DNA of 41,041 nucleotides, from the NCBI GenBank assembly GCA_963848135.1, contig CAWKCK010000012.1, positions 94,061 through 135,101 on the forward strand, read 5' to 3'. Every line of letters begins with the position of its first letter. Position 1 is the first letter of the stretch. The notes below the pieces were generated by a model. That model ran no database searches. It was not told the origin of the DNA and worked only from the letters and a program-made list of their open reading frames with translations. Positions 27,789 to 36,721 of this stretch are shown here, in pieces. The translations under genes and the position numbers were made by a program. Source of the DNA: an uncultured delta proteobacterium. Its GTDB lineage: Bacteria > Desulfobacterota > Desulfobacteria > Desulfobacterales > SG8-13.

Positions 27789-30236
27789 TTATGCGATCTT
27801 GGCTTTGTATAGACGCAGGCTGTTTGTGACCACCGAAATGCTGCTCACGGCCATGGCCAGGGCTGCGAGAATGGGGTGAAGTTGTCGCAGCATGATCGGC
27901 AGCGTCTCTATCGGCGCCAAAACACCGGCAGCCAAGGGAATCAGGATAATGTTATAGACAAAGGCCAGAAAAAGGTTCTGACGCACCGTGCGCATGGTTT
28001 TGCGACTGATGAGGATGGCCCGTGGAATGCCTGCCAGACTGCCGCTCGACAGAATCACGTCGGCGGTTTCGATGGCAACATCCGTACCTGTGCCGATGGC
28101 CATGCCCAAATCGGCCTGGGCCAGGGCTGGTGCATCATTGATACCGTCACCCACCATGCCGACCCGGGCGCCGGTCGCCTGAATTTTTTTGATTTGCTCC
28201 GACTTCTCCTCCGGCCTGACTTCGGCGTATATGTCGTCGATACCGACCTTGGCGCCAATGGTGTTGGCCGTATTGACGTTGTCTCCCGTGAGCATCGCCA
28301 CCTTGAGACCTTGTTTGTGAAGCATCTTAATGGCATCGGCCGATTCGGGTTTGAGCGTGTCGGCCACGGCGATGAGGCCGATCAAGCGATCATCCGCCTC
28401 GACGACCATAACCGTTTTGCCCTGCTGCTGGATCTCTTCGATCCGGTCCGAAACAGAATCCATTCCAGTTCCGGCGTCGTCGAACCACTTGGGTTTACCG
28501 ATCCGTATCCGCCGATTGTCGATGACGGCTTCGACCCCAAGTCCACCATGGGCCTTGAAATTCAGAGGCTCCCAAAGTTTGAGTGCTTTCGCCATGGCGT
28601 CCTTGACAATGGCTTTTCCCAGCGGGTGTTCGGAGCCCCTTTCCGCGGACGCCGCCAACTGCAATAACCGGTCTGAATCAACGGATTCGGTGGCCAATGA
28701 GATGATGCCGACAACCGCCGGTTTACCCTCGGTTATGGTGCCGGTTTTATCCAGGACGATGGCATCCAGCTTTGTTGCATTTTCCAGTGCCTCTCCCCTT
28801 TTAAACAGGATACCGTTCTCTGCACCCTTGCCGGTACCGGCCATAATTGCCGTGGGTGTCGCCAACCCCAGAGCGCAGGGGCAGGCGATCACAAGCACGG
28901 CCACCATCCGGATCATTGCCGGCACGAACTCACCGGTGACCAGCCACCACAAGCCGAATGTCACCAGGGCGATTCCGATCACTGTGGGGACGAACACCCC
29001 CGAAATTCGATCGGCCAAAGCTTGAATCGGTGCCTTACTCCCCTGGGCCTCCTGTACGAGTTTGATGATCTGCGCCAGGGCGGTCTCCTTGCCTACCCTC
29101 GTGGCCTCGAAACGCAGCATGCCTTCACCGTTGATGGTACCCCCCACAACGATATCGCCGGGCTGCTTGTCAACCGGCAATGGCTCTCCACTGAGCATCG
29201 ATTCATCAACGGCCGAGTTTCCCTGGAGAACAGTTCCGTCCACAGGTATCTTTTCACCGGGACGAACGATCACGATATGTCCCTTCTTCACAGCTGTCAG
29301 CGGGATTTCCTTTTCCACGTTGTCTTCAAGGACCGTGGCGGTTTTTGGCTGGAGTCCGATCAACTTGCGTATGGCACCGCCGGTTTTGCCCTTTGTCCGG
29401 GCCTCGAGCATTTTGCCCAGCTTTATCAGGGTGATTATGACTGCCGAGGTTTCGAAATAAACATGCGCGCCCAGACTTGGGAAAAGGAGCACACCGAGGG
29501 AGTAAAAGTATGCCACGGATGACCCGAGAGCGATAAGGACATCCATGTTGGCGCTGCCATTGCGCAGGCTCTTGTAACCGCCGGTGTAGTAATCCCAGCC
29601 GGTGTAAAATTGAACCGGGGTCGCCAAAAAGAAAAACATCCAATTGACCCAAGCCCCATGGATCCACGGGCCCGCAAGCCCGAAATCACGCGCCATGCTC
29701 AGCAAAAAGAGCGGGGTGGCAAAAAGGACACCGACGATAAACTTGCGCGTCTGATCTTTAATTTCTGCGTCACGGGCGGCCTGCTCGGCATCGGCAGCGT
29801 CGGGTGCATCTTCTGCTGCAATAGCGCCATATCCGGCCTTTTCGACGGCGAGTACGATGTCGTTGACATCTAACAGCCCCGGCAAGTAGTCGACTCTGGC
29901 TCTTTCAGTGGCAAAGTTGACCTCTGCTTTTATAACGCCCGGCAGCTTTCGGTTCAGCGCGCGTTCGATGTTAGCGGCGCAGCTGGCGCAGGTCATTCCG
30001 GTAATCGGAAGTTCTGCGTGAGCGATGGCCACCCCGTATCCAGCACCTTCGATACCGTCGACCAGGTTTTGGATATCCAATCGTTCAGTATCGAAGGATA
30101 TCACGGCCTGTTCCGCGGCAAAGTTCACAATTACTTCACCGATACCCGGTAATTTGCCGATCGAGCGCTCGATATTTTGAGCACAGCTGACGCAACTCAT
30201 ACCGGTTACCGGCATTGTTACAGATTTAGTCGACAT
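27789..30236 (-). CDS. copA: Cu(I)-translocating P1B-1 ATPase with two HMA domains
   Basis: GMSCVSC and [37 protein letters not shown], and TM YN and MAVSS Cu(I) ligands. Confidence 0.96.
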   Translation of the reverse strand: MSTKSVTMPVTGMSCVSCAQNIERSIGKLPGIGEVIVNFAAEQAVISFDTERLDIQNLVDGIEGAGYGVAIAHAELPITGMTCASCAANIERALNRKLPGVIKAEVNFATERARVDYLPGLLDVNDIVLAVEKAGYGAIAAEDAPDAADAEQAARDAEIKDQTRKFIVGVLFATPLFLLSMARDFGLAGPWIHGAWVNWMFFFLATPVQFYTGWDYYTGGYKSLRNGSANMDVLIALGSSVAYFYSLGVLLFPSLGAHVYFETSAVIITLIKLGKMLEARTKGKTGGAIRKLIGLQPKTATVLEDNVEKEIPLTAVKKGHIVIVRPGEKIPVDGTVLQGNSAVDESMLSGEPLPVDKQPGDIVVGGTINGEGMLRFEATRVGKETALAQIIKLVQEAQGSKAPIQALADRISGVFVPTVIGIALVTFGLWWLVTGEFVPAMIRMVAVLVIACPCALGLATPTAIMAGTGKGAENGILFKRGEALENATKLDAIVLDKTGTITEGKPAVVGIISLATESVDSDRLLQLAASAERGSEHPLGKAIVKDAMAKALKLWEPLNFKAHGGLGVEAVIDNRRIRIGKPKWFDDAGTGMDSVSDRIEEIQQQGKTVMVVEADDRLIGLIAVADTLKPESADAIKMLHKQGLKVAMLTGDNVNTANTIGAKVGIDDIYAEVRPEEKSEQIKKIQATGARVGMVGDGINDAPALAQADLGMAIGTGTDVAIETADVILSSGSLAGIPRAILISRKTMRTVRQNLFLAFVYNIILIPLAAGVLAPIETLPIMLRQLHPILAALAMAVSSISVVTNSLRLYKAKIA

Positions 30237-30308
30237 GACGATTTCCTTCCATAATGTTTACAGGTGCAGCTGTTATAAGCGACAGTTTACAGGGCGCAAT
30301 TACTGGTT

Positions 30309-30592
30309 GATTCAATGACCTCCGGTAAAGCCGGAGGAATGGATTGTGAACCGCTCAAAGCGATCATTGAAAACCATTCGTTCGAGCAACCAGCCGGTCA
30401 TTGAATGTAGTTTTTTAAAGGAATATGGTATCGACCTTACCGGTTGTAAGCGGTCCGCAGTTAGGCTGAATCTGCTCCGTGAACACCATATTTTACCTGT
30501 TTTTAAATATATAATAATCATCGTCTCCGGTATTTGTTAACTTCTGGAACTGTCAAACTTTGAGAGTATTCCCAGTAATACTGGGTGGTTAA
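30309..30592 (+). mobile_element. Non-autonomous IS200/IS605-like element
   Basis: Left hairpin ATGACCTCCGGTAAAGCCGGAGG...GTGAACCGCTCAAAGCG (homologous to 7184-7250) and right hairpin CCCAGTAATACTGGG followed by TGGTT; no transposase ORF between them. Confidence 0.5.
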
Positions 30593-30601
30593 CGATGATT
30601 A

Positions 30602-31004
30602 TTATGGTTGCACTTGCCAGGAAAAGATGCGCTCCGAATCCTTGCCGACACCTTTGATAATCAGGGTAACGGTTTCGGTGCCCGGCGCGAGAGCCGGAAA
30701 GGAAAGCGTGCCGCTGCGATGATGGCCACCGGGCGGCGATCCGTCCCAACCAGTCGGCGGAAAGTTGTTGCCCTTGTTGTCTTTGAGACTGCTGATAGCC
30801 GCCAGATCCTGATCGAGTTCAACCGAATGGGTGCTCAATCGAACTTCAAAGCGAGCTTCACTCCCCGCCTTCAGTTCAACGGGTGTGGCATCTATCCGGA
30901 CTCCGTTTTCATTGTTCGATTGACGGTCATAGGCGTGAACATGAATTGCAGCACTCGGCAGTTAAGGGATTCTCTAATTCACCTTTTAGGTATTCTGATT
31001 TCAT
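30602..31004 (-). pseudogene. Exported His-motif protein (THSV..GGHHRSG) with a disrupted N-terminus
   Basis: The frame of ORF 30602-30838 extends upstream as LPSAAIHVHA/YDRQSNNENGVRIDATPVEL...FEVRLSTHSV to an in-frame TAA at 30962-30964. The plausible ATG at 31004 is out of frame. Confidence 0.6.
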
Positions 31005-31047
31005 AAGTTGTCTCTTTATTGTGAAATGGGTTATTGTTAACTAAAGA

Positions 31048-31206
31048 AGCACAAATTATACCACAATGTGATATATAAATTTAACCGTTTGTAATAATTC
31101 GAAATTTATATGTTTTGGGGTAAGCTTGTAAGAGTAAGTGTTTGGAAGTCGGGTAAAAAATACCCACTCAGGGGACCTTGTTGGGAAAGGCGCGAAAAAA
31201 ATGCAC
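31048..31206 (-). promoter_or_regulatory. Sigma-54 promoter with paired enhancer sites for the copA operon
   Basis: Minus strand TGGTAT-AATTT-GTGCT at 31048-31063; palindromes GGGTA-N5-TACCC (31151) and GCGAA-N5-TGCAC (31192). Confidence 0.7.
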
Positions 31207-31238
31207 AGTCGTAAAGGGATGAGACGACGGGACTATAG

Positions 31239-31388
31239 CACGGACATTTCATGAAAATTTTTCGGCTTTTCTCTAGAATTCATAAGTTGCAAATTGTACT
31301 CTGACCAAAATACGTCCATTTCATGTCAGGTATCTAAAATTAAACTAATTTACTCATTGTGGCGAAAAGATTTCATGAAATATTCGGG
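31239..31388. mobile_element. MITE family B (150 bp)
   Basis: TIRs CACGGACATTTCATGAAA / TTTCATGAAATATTCGGG, with a 4-bp TSD ATAG on both sides. Confidence 0.75.
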
Positions 31389-31533
31389 ATAGCAGTGGTG
31401 AGGTACAGGAATAAACGGTGGATTCGATGCACGGCTGGAGGAAGATTATTTCTCGTCTTCAGTGATGATGTAAAGGAGAACGATATGAAAGATCATTATC
31501 CCGTTAGGAGGTCATTTTCCTGCTACAAGAAAG

Positions 31534-32874
31534 TCAATTCTGACTTTTAGGCGTTACATTGACGGTGGTCATCATACCCGCTTCCGCGTGAGATTGTATG
31601 TGGCAATGAGACATCCAAATGCCGGGTTCAGTCGGCACAAGGCCGATGACAACGGATTCCCGAGAACCCAGAAGGACGGTATCCCTCGTAAAATTCTCTG
31701 CCTCAGGTTTTCCATTGCGTTCCAAGACCCTGAAGAATGTTCCGTGGATGTGCATCGGATGCAAGCGCGAGCTGTTGTTGTTAAAAACGATTTTTTGTGG
31801 TTGCCCCTTCGGAATGTCGGCTGTATCGCTATTGGGCCACAGCAGACGATTCATCGCCCACCCGATACCGAATTGCCCCCCCCGGATGGCATCGAGATCC
31901 CATGTTTTGGATGGCGTGGCATTTGAAAAGACCTCTGCCGGCAAAAAATCTTCAGCGGTCGGTGGATCGAAAACCGGCGTCTGGACAGGTTGATCCTCTT
32001 TCACTGTTATCGAAGCCAACGGAAAATTGTTGCGCGTAAATTCATCTTCGACAACGTACCTTTGGCCCTGCGCATCGGTCGGTATGATGATGTCTAAATC
32101 GATTCGGTTGCCCGGGGCGAGATCGAAGCTGCCATATTTGAATATTCGCGTAACCGGCTTTCCGTCCACCGCGATGACATTGGCATCGATTCCTTTAAAG
32201 ACGGGCATCAGTACTCGTGCATTTGCACCATTTATGAGGCGAATGCGGATCCGTTCTCCTGGAGATACTGAAAACTCGGGTTGATAATTGCCATTGATGG
32301 TGACCACGTTGCCCCATCGGCCATCGTGCATCAGGTCGTGGCCGGTGTTGAAGTGCGGAAAAATATTGCCGTCTTTTTGAAGGACCCAGTCGTCGATGAG
32401 CCAGACAAAGTCTTGAGACCAGGGCAATTTTTTATTTGGTTCCACGATCAGCGCCCCTTTGAGGCCGCGCCCCAGCTGCTCACTGCCGTTCAGGTGGGGG
32501 TGGTACCAGTATATTCCGGCATCCCGAAGTTTCAAGCGATAGCTAAAGCTTTCTCCAGCCTTTACCGGGTCCTGGGTGACGCCCGGGACACCGTCCATCG
32601 CGTTGTCGATAATCAAACCGTGCCAATGGATGCTTGAGGATTCGTCCAGTTTGTTGATGAATTCGACCTCGATGGTTTGACCCTCCTTGCCCCGAATGAT
32701 GGGGCCGGGTATCGAACCGTTGTACGCCCAGACCGGGGTAGGCGTGTCGAAAAACGGAAACTGATGTGATGATAGTTCTGCCGTTAGCTTTAACTTTTGT
32801 GCACTGACTGCCGATACTGGCGCTGAAAAACCGATAACCATCAGCAACAGAATTATTTTAGCGATGATTTGCAT
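31534..32874 (-). CDS. Three-domain multicopper oxidase with Sec-pathway-type (non-Tat) signal peptide
   Basis: HWHG, WYHPH, HPMHIHG, HCHIQSHAEAGMM; the signal peptide has no twin arginine. Confidence 0.92.
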   Translation of the reverse strand: MQIIAKIILLLMVIGFSAPVSAVSAQKLKLTAELSSHQFPFFDTPTPVWAYNGSIPGPIIRGKEGQTIEVEFINKLDESSSIHWHGLIIDNAMDGVPGVTQDPVKAGESFSYRLKLRDAGIYWYHPHLNGSEQLGRGLKGALIVEPNKKLPWSQDFVWLIDDWVLQKDGNIFPHFNTGHDLMHDGRWGNVVTINGNYQPEFSVSPGERIRIRLINGANARVLMPVFKGIDANVIAVDGKPVTRIFKYGSFDLAPGNRIDLDIIIPTDAQGQRYVVEDEFTRNNFPLASITVKEDQPVQTPVFDPPTAEDFLPAEVFSNATPSKTWDLDAIRGGQFGIGWAMNRLLWPNSDTADIPKGQPQKIVFNNNSSRLHPMHIHGTFFRVLERNGKPEAENFTRDTVLLGSRESVVIGLVPTEPGIWMSHCHIQSHAEAGMMTTVNVTPKSQN

Positions 32875-32992
32875 GTCAATCCTTTATTAACGTTTCGGTT
32901 TTTAGGAATTATTAACCCGCCGGCGACGGAGGATAATTCACACTTTAATCACCCATCTAAAAATTACAAATGCGCTTGGTTCCTGCCTTACA

Positions 32993-33201
32993 CCTAAAGT
33001 GAGCGTTTCAAATATTAAATGGAGGGGGAACTGCCTTATTTATAAGGAATTCTATTATCGTTTGATTTTAATATTTGAAACCGCTTCGGGATTGCCGATC
33101 TTGCCGCATCTACGGCGTCATATGCCGTCCCGCATAGCCGACTATAGCGGAACGACATCTTCCTTGTAGCTGCGGCAACCTCGACAATCGCTCAAATTAG
33201 G
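32993..33201. mobile_element. MITE family A, copy 2 (209 bp), inverted relative to copy 1
   Basis: Reverse complement of 234-459 lacking a ~17-bp internal segment, with a perfect 5-bp TSD TTACA. Confidence 0.88.
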
Positions 33202-33215
33202 TTACAGTAAGTAGC

Positions 33216-33323
33216 GAGACTGTCGGAAAAGTTCGAAAGGAGCGATTTTATCAATTTCGCATATAATGAAATCAATAACTTAAAATCACCAATATCGCCG
33301 AATTAGGGTTTTTCGACAGTCTC
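33216..33323. mobile_element. MITE family C (108 bp)
   Basis: TIRs GAGACTGTCGGAAAA / TTTTTCGACAGTCTC, with AGC directly repeated on both sides and an AT-rich interior. Confidence 0.75.
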
Positions 33324-33359
33324 AGCAGCTGGGCAATATCGTTACAGGGATGCGATGGG

Positions 33360-34055
33360 CTAAAATCTCAGGGTGGGAATACCGAACAAAGGGTAAACAA
33401 GGTCTACATGACCGATGCCCAGCCCCAGGGTGTCATTGCTGCAGAATATTTGGGGCGCATCGAAGAAATCGCCGTAGCCGTATGGGGCGACATCGAAGTC
33501 GGCAAATGTCATGAACATCATCTGACGCGAATTCATCATGGCGGCGTAATGAGGGTGGGTGATGGACACGAGTTGAAACCCTTCCGGGCCGCAACCGGTG
33601 TCTTTCTGGGCTAACCGTTTACGGAATTTGGCAACCGTTAAATACTGAAACCGCTCCCCGTGTCTGAATTTCGAGAAGTAAAATCCTTTGGGCCTCGGGG
33701 GCGCAGCCGGACGAAGACGTAAATGTTCGCTATGGTCGAAATCGATATATTCGCACTGCCAGGTTTTTGGCTTTCTCCGTTTGACAGCAAAATCCCAGGC
33801 GCTTCGTCCGGACAACGCGGCATCAGAATGGCCGTGCCCGTCATCGCCAAAACCATAGGACAAAATGACGCCTGAAAATCCATCGCGACGGTCCGCTTGC
33901 GATATTTCCGGTTCGGGATCAATCGTTTCGAATTCAGCCTGATCGATACCCCAGTCCATCTTGTGGTTTGCCTTGTGCCATGCTTTAATTTGAGCATCGA
34001 AGGGCAGTATTTCTCTTTGCGGATTCTTGGCGGTTTTTCGGAAGAAGGATTTCAT
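33360..34055 (-). CDS. Hypothetical protein (231 aa)
   Basis: Long ORF with normal composition between two MITEs; no motif recognised. Confidence 0.65.
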   Translation of the reverse strand: MKSFFRKTAKNPQREILPFDAQIKAWHKANHKMDWGIDQAEFETIDPEPEISQADRRDGFSGVILSYGFGDDGHGHSDAALSGRSAWDFAVKRRKPKTWQCEYIDFDHSEHLRLRPAAPPRPKGFYFSKFRHGERFQYLTVAKFRKRLAQKDTGCGPEGFQLVSITHPHYAAMMNSRQMMFMTFADFDVAPYGYGDFFDAPQIFCSNDTLGLGIGHVDLVYPLFGIPTLRF

Positions 34056-34101
34056 TGATAGGGTGTCTGTAATGGCATGCGGCTGATGATTTTAGCCCTA
34101 A

Positions 34102-34356
34102 CCCGCATTTTTCAGGAGTCGCATACGTTCATTTGCAAGGCATTCAGGGGCGCAGCTGTACTCTGGTACCGCAAGCCCCTGATAACGCAGCTAATGGGCG
34201 AATGCGGCTCGCCCAAAGGGTGAATATTTTTTAGCATTTTTGATCTGATTGTTGGGGTACAAAATGAACACTGAAACTTACCGACAGAATATTCTTTAAC
34301 CCGTTGATATTATGTTTTTTGCAGATCTGCTGAAAAATGTTCATGAAAGATGCGGG
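34102..34356. mobile_element. MITE family B-like (255 bp) with internal REP-like hairpins
   Basis: TIRs CCCGCATTTTTCAGGA / TCATGAAAGATGCGGG with CTAA duplicated on both sides. The right CTAA overlaps the stop codon of the glycyl-radical enzyme gene. Confidence 0.75.
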
Positions 34357-36717
34357 CTAAAAAGACGCGTGTTCGGTTCTTTCAATGATCTCCTGCTGGT
34401 GATACGAATCGAGGTCAACAAAATAGTCACTGTAGCCGGCGACACGGACGAGTAAATCCCTGTAGTCATCCGGCGACGCTTGGGCTTTTTTGAGTGTTTC
34501 GGTATCCACGATATTGAACTGGATGTGGTGCCCGTTCAATCGAAAATAGGTTCGGATGAGGTGGGTTAGATTGCTGATATCCTTTTCTGTTGCAAGAAGA
34601 TCCGGCAAGAAACGTTGGTTCAGCAGCGTTCCGCCCGATTTTATCTGGTCCATTTTTCCCAGAGATTTAATAACTGCCGTCGGCCCATGGCGATCGGCAC
34701 CGTGTGATGGTGACGTTCCGTCGGAAATCGGTTTTTCCGCCAGCCGGCCATTGGGCGTCGCTCCCAGCATCTTACCAAAATAGATGTGGCAGGTGGTTGA
34801 CAGCATGTTCAGGTGATAGAGCCCTCCCTTGGTATTGGGTTTGCCATCGATGGCGTCGAATAGAGATGCGTACACCCGTTGCATGAGATGGTCGGCCCGG
34901 TCGTCGTCATTGCCGAAAAAAGGTGTTTTATTTTGCAGCCGGAGCCGAAGTGTTTCGTGACCCTCGAAGTTGCAGCGCATGGCCGTCAGCAAATGATCCA
35001 TCGTTAGTGTGCGTTGATCGTAAACATGGGTCTTTATGGCAGAAAGGCTGTCAGTGATCGTACCGATTCCACAACACTGGATGTAGTTGGTGTTGTAGCG
35101 CGGTCCGCCATTGTAGTAATCTTTTCCATTGGTGATACAATCCTGGATGACCACGGATAGAAGGGGTGCCGGCATATGAGAGGCAAACATCCGTTCAATG
35201 TAATTGTTAACGCGGATTTTCAGCGCGACGATGTGGTTTAACTGCCGGACGAATGCGTCATACAATTCATCGAAACCAGTGAATGCCTTGGGGTCGCCTG
35301 TCGCCAAACCGATTTTTTGGCCGGTCATCGGATCGATTCCGTTATTTAACGCCAGCTCAAGGATCTTGGGTACGTTCAGGTAGCCGGTGAGGATGTAGGC
35401 CTCCTTGCCGAACGCCCCTGTTTCGATGCATCCGCTGCAACCGCCTTCACGGGCATCTTCGATAGTCTTGCCAGCCCGGAGCTGTTCCATGATCACTTCA
35501 TCGGTATTGAATACCGATGGGTATCCGTACCCTTTGCGGATGATGCGGCAGGCCGCCTTCAAGAACCGCTCCGGGGTCTTGTCACTGATCTGAACGTTGC
35601 ACTGAGGTTGAAGGAGGTGCAGCTCATCGATTACCTCCAAGGCAATGTTGGATACCTGGTTGACCCCATCAGTGCCGTCCCTTTTCACCCCGCCCAGGTT
35701 GATGTTCGTAAAGTCGTTGTAGGTCCCACTTTCCTTGGCCGTGACGCCGACTTTTGGTGGCGCCGGGTGGTTGTTGAATTTGATCCAGAAGCAGCTAAGG
35801 AGTTCTGTGGCTGTTTCACGATCGAGGCTCCCGTCGGCAAGCCCTTTTTCATAAAAGGGTGCCAGGTGCTGATCCAAATGGCCGGGGCTCATGGCATCCC
35901 AGCCGTTGAGCTCCGTTATGGTGCCGAGGTGAACGAACCAGTACATTTGCAGCGCTTCCCAAAAATTCCCCGGGGCATGGGCCGGCACTCTGCGGCAAAC
36001 CCGGCTGATTTGCATTAACTCCTTTTTGCGGTCTTCATTTTCTTCGGATTCTGCCAGTTTTGCCGCCAGGTCGGCATGTCTCTCGGCAAAAGTAATCGCC
36101 GCATCGCAAGCGATGTCCATAGCTTTCAACTGATCGGCTTTGCCGGTGGCTTCCGGGTCGTTCAGATAATCGAGTGCAGCAAGGCTCCGGGCGATATCCT
36201 GCTTGAAATCGCGCATTCCCTTGGTGTAGATCGTACCATCGAGAGTCGTGTGCCCGGGGGCCCGTTGCTCCATGAATTCCGTAAAGAAACCGGCCTTGTA
36301 AGCAGTGGACCAGTCTTCAGGGACTTGGCCAAAGACACGGTCCCGCATACTTCTGCCTTCCCAGTATGGGAGAACCCTCGTTTCATATGTATTGATGTCG
36401 GCTTCCGATATCCTAAACGGGGTCATTTCACGAGCGTTAAGAATATTTAGATCCTCCGCGGTATGGCAGTTCAGTTCCGGAAAGGTCGATACCGATTTTG
36501 GCTCCGGACCGCGCTCGCCGACAATGAGTTCATCTGTTCCGATGTAGAGCGTCTTTTTTTCGTAGAGATATTTAAAGAACAACGCCCGCATGACCGGCGG
36601 CGAGTGTTTCCCAAAGTGTGTCTCATAGAATTCAGTCTCCAGAATGGCCCGCTCAATCGATATGCTGGGGACAGCTTCGAAACTGAGTTGTCTAAGCCTT
36701 TTGATTCGTGCATTCAT
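34357..36717 (-). CDS. hypD: Glycyl-radical enzyme, trans-4-hydroxy-L-proline dehydratase-like
   Basis: RVAGYS glycyl loop and SGCIE Cys loop. HypD-type motifs FMEQRAPGHT, NGWDA, KESGTYNDF, EAYILTGY and TTCHIYFG are present. ATG 36717 follows GGAGG. Confidence 0.85.
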   Translation of the reverse strand: MNARIKRLRQLSFEAVPSISIERAILETEFYETHFGKHSPPVMRALFFKYLYEKKTLYIGTDELIVGERGPEPKSVSTFPELNCHTAEDLNILNAREMTPFRISEADINTYETRVLPYWEGRSMRDRVFGQVPEDWSTAYKAGFFTEFMEQRAPGHTTLDGTIYTKGMRDFKQDIARSLAALDYLNDPEATGKADQLKAMDIACDAAITFAERHADLAAKLAESEENEDRKKELMQISRVCRRVPAHAPGNFWEALQMYWFVHLGTITELNGWDAMSPGHLDQHLAPFYEKGLADGSLDRETATELLSCFWIKFNNHPAPPKVGVTAKESGTYNDFTNINLGGVKRDGTDGVNQVSNIALEVIDELHLLQPQCNVQISDKTPERFLKAACRIIRKGYGYPSVFNTDEVIMEQLRAGKTIEDAREGGCSGCIETGAFGKEAYILTGYLNVPKILELALNNGIDPMTGQKIGLATGDPKAFTGFDELYDAFVRQLNHIVALKIRVNNYIERMFASHMPAPLLSVVIQDCITNGKDYYNGGPRYNTNYIQCCGIGTITDSLSAIKTHVYDQRTLTMDHLLTAMRCNFEGHETLRLRLQNKTPFFGNDDDRADHLMQRVYASLFDAIDGKPNTKGGLYHLNMLSTTCHIYFGKMLGATPNGRLAEKPISDGTSPSHGADRHGPTAVIKSLGKMDQIKSGGTLLNQRFLPDLLATEKDISNLTHLIRTYFRLNGHHIQFNIVDTETLKKAQASPDDYRDLLVRVAGYSDYFVDLDSYHQQEIIERTEHASF

Positions 36718-36721
36718 TTTT

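Noticed and set aside
27876..29522. Long plus-strand ORFs opposite copA
   Set aside because: These are antisense shadows of a GC-rich coding region with no independent motifs.
234..33201. A single composite transposon delivering the whole region
   Set aside because: Each MITE copy has its own TSD and the outer flanks (GCTAT versus TTACA) do not match. The pair is kept only as a possible recombination substrate.
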